From the NCBI GenBank assembly GCA_000146045.2, contig BK006948.2:800001-864000 (forward strand): a DNA stretch of 64,000 bases. The letters are read 5' to 3'. Within the stretch, counting starts at the first letter, position 1; each line of letters starts with the position of its first letter. The translations under genes were made by a program, and so were the position numbers. Positions 53,357 through 61,174 of this stretch are shown in pieces. The notes below the pieces were generated by a model. The model was not told the origin of the DNA, searched no databases, and was given only the letters and a program-made list of their open reading frames with translations. The DNA is from TPA_inf: Saccharomyces. Taxonomy: Eukaryota.

Positions 53357-54112
53357 ATGGCTTTAAGGCTATTTCGAAAATCCAGTTTTTTTGCAAAGAT
53401 ATCAATGGAAGGCCCTAAAGGTTCATCGCCATTTGCGTTTTACGCATTTTATCAACTTTATTCGCACTTGAATCCGGGGAAATCGAGCAGCCTTTCTTTA
53501 GAAGATATTAGAAGAAGGCTATACCCCGACTTTAAAATAGATTACAATGAGAAAACTTCGTTGTTCATAACTTGGAAGAAAAAGTCCAATAAACATCACA
53601 CAATAGACACTAACGAAGAGAATTATATACTTAGAGGATGTATCGGTACATTTGCTAAGATGCCGATTGCACATGGTATTGAGAAATATTCCTTGATTGC
53701 TGCTTTAGAGGATAGGAGATTTTCTCCGATCCAGAAAAGGGAATTGGTGGACCTGAAATGCAGTTGCAACATCTTAGGCAACTTCAAAACTATTTTTCGA
53801 GGTGGTGGTAATCCAAATGGGGACATTTTCGATTGGGAACTCGGAAAGCACGGTATTGAACTGTATTTTAAGCATCCCAAAACAGGCACCACATGTAGCG
53901 CAACCTTTTTACCTGATGTTATGCCTGAGCAACATTGGAATAAAGAAGATACCTTTGCCAATTTAATCGAGAAGGCGGGTTACTGGGGCAATATTAGTGA
54001 AGTAATGGATAATTTTGAAACTTATTTCATTGAAGTAATAAGGTACGAGGGCAAAAAAAGTTCCATAACTTATGAGGAATTTAACAAACAGTTAAAAGAT
54101 ATAGAGGCTTAG
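53357..54112 (+). CDS. YOR289W-like AMMECR1-domain protein (251 aa)
   Basis: AMMECR1-family sequence with a conserved LRGCIG motif; the ORF-track start at 53324 is TTG; the first ATG at 53357 gives MALRLF. Confidence 0.8.
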   Translation: MALRLFRKSSFFAKISMEGPKGSSPFAFYAFYQLYSHLNPGKSSSLSLEDIRRRLYPDFKIDYNEKTSLFITWKKKSNKHHTIDTNEENYILRGCIGTFAKMPIAHGIEKYSLIAALEDRRFSPIQKRELVDLKCSCNILGNFKTIFRGGGNPNGDIFDWELGKHGIELYFKHPKTGTTCSATFLPDVMPEQHWNKEDTFANLIEKAGYWGNISEVMDNFETYFIEVIRYEGKKSSITYEEFNKQLKDIEA

Positions 54113-54180
54113 AAAATAACCCTCGTTAGTTAGTCTTAGAAACATTAAAAAAAATATGCTTTTATACATTGATCAAGCTT

Positions 54181-54186
54181 AAAAAT
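54181..54186 (-). terminator. Pol III oligo(T) terminator of tRNA-Ala
   Basis: The minus strand reads ATTTTT immediately 3' of the tRNA. Confidence 0.6.
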
Positions 54187-54259
54187 TGGACGCAACCGGA
54201 ATCGAACCGATGACCTCTTCCTTGCAAGGGAAGCGCGCTACCAACTGCGCCATGTGCCC
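54187..54259 (-). tRNA. tA(UGC): tRNA-Ala (anticodon UGC), 73 nt
   Basis: Reverse complement reads GGGCACATGGCGCAGTTGGTAGCGCGCTTCCCTTGCAAGGAAGAGGTCATCGGTTCGATTCCGGTTGCGTCCA: A box TGGCGCAGTTGG, B box GGTTCGATTCC, anticodon loop CTTGCAA (TGC), 7-bp acceptor stem GGGCACA/TGCGTCC. Confidence 0.95.
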
Positions 54260-54275
54260 TGATGACTGTTGAAAC

Positions 54276-54615
54276 TGTTGTATCTCAAAATGAGATATGT
54301 CAGTATGACAATACGTCATCCTGAACGTTCATAAAACACATATGAAACAACCTTATAACAAAGCGAACAACATGAGACAAAACCCGTCCTTCCTTAGCTG
54401 AACTACCCAAAAGTATAAATGCCTGAACAATTAGTTTAGATCCGAGATTCCGCGCTTCCACCACTTAGTATGATTCATATTTTATATAATATATAAGATA
54501 AGTAACATTCCGTGAATTAATCTGATAAACTGTTTTGACAACTGGTTACTTCCCTAAGACTGTTATATTAGGATTGTCAAGACACTCCGGTATTACTCGA
54601 GCCCGTAATACAACA
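54276..54615 (+). mobile_element. Ty3 sigma solo LTR (340 bp), 16 bp upstream of tRNA-Ala, flanked by a 5-bp GAAAC target-site duplication
   Basis: Starts TGTTGTATCTCAAAATGAGATATGTCAGTATGACAATACGTCATCCTGAACG and ends CGAGCCCGTAATACAACA (terminal inverted repeats TGTTGTAT/ATACAACA); direct repeats GAAAC at 54271-54275 and 54616-54620. Confidence 0.9.
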
Positions 54616-54985
54616 GAAACTCATTTCTAATGAGTGGTAAATACATTTGTGGGAAATATCTTTAAGGCCATCTCGGACCTGTATATAATCTCCGAGTATT
54701 TCCATTAAAGATGAATCAAATACATGAAATATCTATTAAAGACATATACTCAAGGAAAAGAAGTAGTAGATATATCTTCTTTATATATATTGCCCTGTGT
54801 TGCTAGCAGGGTGTTGGAACAAATAATTTGTTCCGTATTGGAAAATTTATAATTAGGTCCAAGAACAAGTTCACTATGATGACGACATATTACTTTGTTC
54901 AAAGAGATGGTTTAAAATAAATATGTATAGCAGAATTATAAGAGGCGAAATCGATCAATTAGTTGAACAATTAACTTAAAATCTA

Positions 54986-55016
<31 letters not shown>

Positions 55017-55146
55017 GGAAATATACGGCACGTTATACTAGAGATATTAAACATCCCAACTCGGTTAATGGGTACAATAAAAAAAAGAGGGATTAATGTT
55101 TGTCTACGTATAAACGAATAAGTACTTATATTGCTTTAGGAAGGTA

Positions 55147-58100
55147 CTATACACTCGCTTCTGTCATGCTCGAGTCCGCTTCATCTGTGAAAGATTCAGC
55201 CACGCTTGAAGTAACAACAGGAGGCAAGACGAGGGGTCTGGTGCCATACTGTTCATCAAATTCAGTAAAGTCGAGTTGTGAGTTATCGCCCATTATCTCA
55301 CAGTATTTCTTCGTAACCACTTTTTCCAGTTCTAAAGAGTCTTCGTATACTACTGAACCCTCAGTATTGTATATCCTAGCATTGGAAAATATCAGATGAA
55401 AGTCTTGAAGGGTCTCTTTAAGGGAGTTGTAAGCTAGCGTTTCAATATGCGTGTTAATATTATCAAAGGCGACAGGGTACTTAATAATCATATAGTAGTC
55501 GGGATATAGTGCTTTGGAAGGTTTGGAGAGGAAAATGTCAGAAAGTTTCCTTCCAGCTTCATTTTCATAATTGAGAGCAAAGTGGTATAAGTCTAGAGCT
55601 TGTTTAGCAACTTTCTCTCTAATATCAATAGGACTCGTTGCCGCAGCGGGCGTGCGGACATAATCAAGCCCATTTCTTGCTTTTGGCGGCCTTCCTCGTC
55701 CACGTCCTCGCCCTCGACCACGACCACGACCGCGACCACGGCCCCTTGTTGAAGTTCTTGCTGATTTAACAGATGTTTTTCCCGCTGTACGTGGTTTTGG
55801 AATGTCCATAAAATCCTCACTGGGAGAGTTATCGCCAGTAACTGGACTTGATTCAAGCGCTGGTGGTTCAGAATTTTCAGATCCTTCAAGTTTCACTTTC
55901 TTAGGTCTTCCACGGGGCCTTCCTGCCTTTCTCTTTTTAGACAAGAAATCATCGTCATTCATTGCCAAATCCGTATCTGCCCGATCTTCGGCCGATATAT
56001 TATTAATTCTAGGACCGTCATTATCAGCGTCAATGTTTTCGCCTTTAATTTCTCCATTCCCATCAATCGCCTCGCTCTTATCTTCCTTCTTTGTTCGTTG
56101 TTTTCTTGCCTGCTTGTCATTTTTTTCATCATCGCTAACTTCAAATTGTCTTAACCACTGTTCTTCAGACATATTATCGTTGTAAGTTGCCGTCTTACGT
56201 TCTCTTGCACCCCTTCCATTGTAAACAGCAGCAGATTCTGATTCTTCACGTTTGAGCTCGGCACCAATATCTCTACTGTAAATATCAGGTAATTCACTCT
56301 TTTCTAAGAGACGGCTCTTTACTCCCAATTCTTCCTCCTTCTTTGATCTATCTTCATCCATCCTTGTAAGAACAGCCATTTCTTCGTCATTTCGAGCAAG
56401 AATTTCGTTGATTTCTGAGTCTTTTAACTCCTCTTCTTCTTCAACACCAGACTCTCTTTTCTTTCTACGTTCCTCTTCTGCATCCAGCAAAGATCTAAGC
56501 AACGCTTCTTGTTCCTCCGATGTAGATTTGTTATCGAATTTACCTGCTTGAATGACTTTACCATCGATATCTAGCTTCTTGTAGGCTCTCTCTAGGATAA
56601 CTTCTTCAACTGAATTCGTAGTAATCAATCTTAGAATTCTAACTTCATTCTTCTGACCTATTCTATGCGCTCTATCCTGAGCTTGCAAATCTTGATGAGG
56701 ATTCCAGTCAGTATCAAAAATAATGACAGTGTCTGCAGTTTGTAAATTTAAACCCAAACCACCCGCTCTAGTTGATAAGATAAAGCACAAGTATTCAGAA
56801 TCAGGGGCGTTAAATAGACGTAACAACTCACTACGTTCATCAGATTTTGTATGACCATCTAACCTCAGGTACTTGATATTAATGTACCTTAAAAAATCTT
56901 CCATAATATCCATAATTTGGGTCATTTGAAAAAAAATTAATACTCTATGCCCAGTTGCCTTAAGCTTAGGCAAAATTCTATCTAATAGTTCAAATTTACC
57001 AGCAACACGCCAAATATCATCATTCGTTTCTCTTGTTGGATTGATTTGGTCCTCAACTTCTTCAAATACAAAAGGATGATTACAGATTTTCTTTAGTTGC
57101 ATGATTTGATTATTGAAACCTCTTAAACCTACCATTTTCTTATTATTTTGATCACCGATAAAAAGACGACGATATTTCAACATTTGTTGGTACATAATTT
57201 GTTGTAAAGCGCTCATTTTGCACTTCACTACCTTCTCAACTTTATCCGGTAATTCTTTTTCTACATCCTTTTTCAAACGACGCAATAAAAAGGGTCTCAA
57301 GACTTTATGCAATCTCCTGATAACCAAAAGCGTCTCTTCTTCACTCAACTCAATTTTATCTTGCCCACCGGTGTTGGCAAAGGGTGTATTGAACCATTCA
57401 TCAAAAGATTTCACGGAATTGAAAATCTTGGGTAACACAAAATTCAATAAGGCCCATAATTCTGGCAAGTTGTTTTGAAGTGGTGTACCTGTCAAAATTA
57501 ATCTATAATCTGCATGGTAATGTGTGTTCAAGGTTAAAGAAAGCTTGGATTGCGCATTTTTCATTCTATGGCCTTCATCAATAATCATATGGACCCACTT
57601 GACCTTGGATAAAAGTGCTCTTTCTTTAATAATATACTCAAAGGTAGTCAGAACTACATCAAATTCACCTGCCCTTATTTTAGCCTGTTTGGCTTTCCTC
57701 TCATTTGGCGAACCTTTAAATGATATAGTTCTTAAGGTAGGAGCCCATTTCGCGAATTCACTGCTCCAATTTGACAGTGTAGATAAAGGAACAATGACTA
57801 AATATGGCCCACGAATATTCTTCATTTCATATAAATATGTAAGTAAGGATATCGTCTGGATAGTCTTACCAAGACCCATTTCGTCTGCTAAAATACCATT
57901 TAAATGATTATTGAAAAGCGAAACCATCCACTGTAAACCCTTGATTTGATAGTCCTTTAAGGTACCACCAACCAATATTGAAGGCTGCTTCTTGATATCT
58001 TCTTTAATTCTATGTGCGACATTGTAATAATCGACGTTAGAATTGTCGTCGTCGTCATCATATTCTTCATCCTTCATCTTGGGGACCATGGACAAATCAT

Positions 58101-60258
58101 CCACTTCCTCCGATGCTTCCTTTATGTGGGAATCAATCATTTCTTTAGTGTACTTTTGTTGATCTTTCACGGCTCTTGTTAAAGAATCTAAAAATGCGTT
58201 TGTTTGCCTTAGAAGATGTGTAATTCTTGTATCTTTGGTTTGGTCTAATAATTTTATATAGGCTTCCTCATCGTTCGCCTTTAAAGCCTGTAAACGTTCT
58301 TTTGCCTTTTTTTCAGCTCTCTTTTGCTCATCCCTTTCTAAATTAGTATGCGTAGCAATGAGTCTATGGCCAAACTTCAACCTTTTATTCTTTTTATCTT
58401 GTCTTCTATTATATTGATTGATGGCGGATTTATTCATCGACTTTAATCTGGCCACTGCCTCAGTCTTCTTCCTTTCTAACTTAAGTAATTCATGATTCTT
58501 ATAAAGTTGGTTTGTTAGCAATGCATCTTGAACGTTGATGTTTCTTATTTTCGAAAGAAAATTTGGATGTGTATTGGTTAATAAAGAATTTTGATGCCAT
58601 TCAAATTGTAATACATGACCTCTTACGGCTTTTTGTAACGGTAATAATTGTAAGGCGTAGTAATCGTAAAGAGCATTTTCCCTGGTTGATTCCGTACATT
58701 CGTCATTTAGTAGCTTATCCAAACAGTCATTTACCGTAGTATCTAGGTTCAATGCAATTAAAGTTTGGTAAATGTCAGTAGCGGTATGTGTGTCAATACC
58801 AACCGGTAGAACGCCAGGTTCAATAGTAAACTTTGCATGATCCGAATTGGCCAATAAAGTCTGATAATCGATATTACTATGTGAGATATTGGGCATCGTA
58901 AAAGAATCAACCATCATATCAGGATCATCTATATCTACCACTTTTATTCCTTCCTTATATTGATCTTGAAGGACGTTTAAAGGAACGGGTTTCTGCGGTT
59001 TTGGCGGGTTATTTTGCTCGGTGTGGGTCTTATTACTATTAGGAGCTGTTTTAGCTACGTTTGAAATGGTTTCGTTTTCCTCTTTTTTCGATTCTGTTTG
59101 CGTGATTGGAGTGCCACTTACAGTTTGCGAATTTTTATCGAGGGTGCCATTCTTCGCATTATGTACACTAGATGGACCAGCTGGTGAAACAGATGCAAAA
59201 TTTTCGTCTTTGCTATCTAAAGGTGCATTTCTGGTAAGCCCAGAAACGTTGTCAGTGTTAGTGTTATTGTAGTGGGAATTGGTGCCGGGTTGCTGCGTAT
59301 TGTTGCCGCCATTGAGATTTGATTGGTTATTTTGATCTGTGGGTTGTCTTCTTCTCGCAAACTCACTCAAAGACAGTAACATTCTTTTGAAATCTGGAGG
59401 ATGGTTAATAGATTTTTGGATAACAGCCTGAAATTCAAACGGAATAGGCTTTCTATTTACTAGACATTTTAGAGATGTGATTTGGGCCTTTAACAGTTCG
59501 GATTGCTCGGCAGTAAACATTGTCATGGGTAATCTTCTCCCCTGTTGCAGTCTCGCTTGTGCTTGTTGTGCCTGTTGTGCCTGTTGCGCTTGTTGCGCCT
59601 GTTGTGCTTGGAATTGTGCCTGCTGCATCTGCGCCTGCTGGGGCATAGGAGAATTTATCTGCGAACCTGGCATCACATTTGAATCCTGTATGTTGTGTTC
59701 TTGTAATGATCGATTTTGCGGTTGAAGCTCGGAATTATTAAGGTTTAAGTTATTATGGTTTGAGTTATCTGGTTTCTCCGCAGCATTTTCTCCATTGTTT
59801 GCTGGTGTTGGTGAAAAATTAGTTGCATTTAATGAACCAACCGAAGATTGCCGTTGTGGTAGCATGTTATTACCACCATTGCTATTTAATGGCATCTGTG
59901 TTTGCATGATTGGTGATTGATGAGCAGAAGTGCTAAAGGTCTCATTTCCATTCAATTGCATATTCGGAGCTAAATGCGGGGAAGCAGAAGCAGAAATGTG
60001 CGAGGAAGCATTATTCGGCAGTTCTGCTTGATCTGAAGAATTTGGAACAATATTTTGCTGAGAACCTGAAATGCCTTGCTGTTGGCGTTGCATTTGTAAT
60101 TCTTGTCGCTGCTTGGCAGCAAATTGCAACACTTTAGTCAAATAGATAAATTCCGGCACACTCGGAGCGTTCATTCCGTGTTCATTTCTCAAATGCTGCC
60201 ATCTTAAATAGCAGCGGTTGACCTCTTCGTTGCTAAATTGACGCTGTGGTATGTTCAT
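55147..60258 (-). CDS. SNF2: Snf2/Swi2, catalytic ATPase of the SWI/SNF chromatin remodeler (1703 aa)
   Basis: Gln-rich N-terminus with QAQQAQ repeats, HSA region, SNF2 ATPase motifs (DEMGLGKTIQ; DEGHRMKN), (GR)9 AT-hook-like tract, C-terminal bromodomain. Confidence 0.97.
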   Translation of the reverse strand: MNIPQRQFSNEEVNRCYLRWQHLRNEHGMNAPSVPEFIYLTKVLQFAAKQRQELQMQRQQQGISGSQQNIVPNSSDQAELPNNASSHISASASPHLAPNMQLNGNETFSTSAHQSPIMQTQMPLNSNGGNNMLPQRQSSVGSLNATNFSPTPANNGENAAEKPDNSNHNNLNLNNSELQPQNRSLQEHNIQDSNVMPGSQINSPMPQQAQMQQAQFQAQQAQQAQQAQQAQQAQARLQQGRRLPMTMFTAEQSELLKAQITSLKCLVNRKPIPFEFQAVIQKSINHPPDFKRMLLSLSEFARRRQPTDQNNQSNLNGGNNTQQPGTNSHYNNTNTDNVSGLTRNAPLDSKDENFASVSPAGPSSVHNAKNGTLDKNSQTVSGTPITQTESKKEENETISNVAKTAPNSNKTHTEQNNPPKPQKPVPLNVLQDQYKEGIKVVDIDDPDMMVDSFTMPNISHSNIDYQTLLANSDHAKFTIEPGVLPVGIDTHTATDIYQTLIALNLDTTVNDCLDKLLNDECTESTRENALYDYYALQLLPLQKAVRGHVLQFEWHQNSLLTNTHPNFLSKIRNINVQDALLTNQLYKNHELLKLERKKTEAVARLKSMNKSAINQYNRRQDKKNKRLKFGHRLIATHTNLERDEQKRAEKKAKERLQALKANDEEAYIKLLDQTKDTRITHLLRQTNAFLDSLTRAVKDQQKYTKEMIDSHIKEASEEVDDLSMVPKMKDEEYDDDDDNSNVDYYNVAHRIKEDIKKQPSILVGGTLKDYQIKGLQWMVSLFNNHLNGILADEMGLGKTIQTISLLTYLYEMKNIRGPYLVIVPLSTLSNWSSEFAKWAPTLRTISFKGSPNERKAKQAKIRAGEFDVVLTTFEYIIKERALLSKVKWVHMIIDEGHRMKNAQSKLSLTLNTHYHADYRLILTGTPLQNNLPELWALLNFVLPKIFNSVKSFDEWFNTPFANTGGQDKIELSEEETLLVIRRLHKVLRPFLLRRLKKDVEKELPDKVEKVVKCKMSALQQIMYQQMLKYRRLFIGDQNNKKMVGLRGFNNQIMQLKKICNHPFVFEEVEDQINPTRETNDDIWRVAGKFELLDRILPKLKATGHRVLIFFQMTQIMDIMEDFLRYINIKYLRLDGHTKSDERSELLRLFNAPDSEYLCFILSTRAGGLGLNLQTADTVIIFDTDWNPHQDLQAQDRAHRIGQKNEVRILRLITTNSVEEVILERAYKKLDIDGKVIQAGKFDNKSTSEEQEALLRSLLDAEEERRKKRESGVEEEEELKDSEINEILARNDEEMAVLTRMDEDRSKKEEELGVKSRLLEKSELPDIYSRDIGAELKREESESAAVYNGRGARERKTATYNDNMSEEQWLRQFEVSDDEKNDKQARKQRTKKEDKSEAIDGNGEIKGENIDADNDGPRINNISAEDRADTDLAMNDDDFLSKKRKAGRPRGRPKKVKLEGSENSEPPALESSPVTGDNSPSEDFMDIPKPRTAGKTSVKSARTSTRGRGRGRGRGRGRGRGRGRPPKARNGLDYVRTPAAATSPIDIREKVAKQALDLYHFALNYENEAGRKLSDIFLSKPSKALYPDYYMIIKYPVAFDNINTHIETLAYNSLKETLQDFHLIFSNARIYNTEGSVVYEDSLELEKVVTKKYCEIMGDNSQLDFTEFDEQYGTRPLVLPPVVTSSVAESFTDEADSSMTEASV
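55692..55748. repeat. (CGN GGN)9 repeat encoding the (Gly-Arg)9 tract of SNF2
   Basis: Plus strand reads CCTCGTCCACGTCCTCGCCCTCGACCACGACCACGACCGCGACCACGGCC; the protein reads TRGRGRGRGRGRGRGRGRGRPPKARNG. Confidence 0.75.
59556..59612. repeat. Imperfect hexanucleotide repeat (CAACAGGCG/CAACAAGCA)n encoding QAQQAQQAQQAQQAQQAQA in SNF2
   Basis: Plus strand reads CTTGTGCTTGTTGTGCCTGTTGTGCCTGTTGCGCTTGTTGCGCCTGTTGTGCTTGG. Confidence 0.75.
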
Positions 60259-61174
60259 GGCAGATAATTAATCGAAAGTCGTGAAAATAGCAGAAAGTCG
60301 CGATTAGAGAAACAACAGAATAGCTGACCTTCCCGATGATTTATATACAAAAGGTCCACGTACGTCACAAATATCTTCTTTATTGAGACTAGAGGTAACC
60401 TTTCTTTTAACTTATTGTCCTACCGCCTCAGGATGGCCCCGTTTCGTCAATCAATTTGTTGATATTTGTCTTTCAAACGCGGTTTTAACATATCGCGAAC
60501 AACGGTATTCGGGTAACAGCCTATCACTATTTTTACCGGCGGCTATTTTTCCTAAACCTAGTATATATACGCGAAAATTGGCTACCTGCAAAATTCCAAT
60601 AGTGGCGAATGTATTGGAATTAATCTGCAAGGAAAATAAGCGTTAGGAACTTCAACTGTATTTTGCTCACTAATTCTTCTTCATCATGTCTTCTTCTTTT
60701 TTTTTCAATTACTTGTTAGTTCTTAGTGTCCTTATGTTCACTCAGAATAGCCATTAAGAATCGTGTCTTTTTGGAAGTGAAGGAGTTTCAATAAAAAGAA
60801 AAAAGCGAATATTTCAACACTGTGTTCTAAGAAAAGGCTCTATAGCTTTTTTTATTAGTTTTATTAATTTGAAAAATGCCTTGTTTGTTTTATATATATA
60901 TATGTGTGTATTTAGGGCAGCCGCGGCCAACAGGGGGTATGGGTATGAAGAGGTGATAGAAGAGTGAAAAATGAAAAAAAATGGAAATCAAGGAAAGAGT
61001 AGTGAAAAAAAGAAAAAAAGGAAAAAAGGGCAAAAAGAGAACGCAATACCATAGAGTTGGAGGTGTTGGACTTGTGAATTTATTTTTGATTGAAAATAGT
61101 TCAGAGTCAATAGATTCTTCTTTAAAATAAAAAGGAGCCCAGACTTACTGATAGATCTTGCATATACTCCGGTA

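Noticed and set aside
55100-55399. 99-aa plus-strand ORF overlapping the SNF2 3' end
   Set aside because: Antisense to the SNF2 bromodomain-coding region; no support.
59477-59725. 82-aa Cys/Ala-rich plus-strand ORF (CCACCACCACC...) and the regular 9-nt periodicity beneath it
   Set aside because: It is the antisense of the SNF2 QAQ-repeat coding sequence. It is not a CRISPR array (no spacers, eukaryotic context) and not an independent gene.
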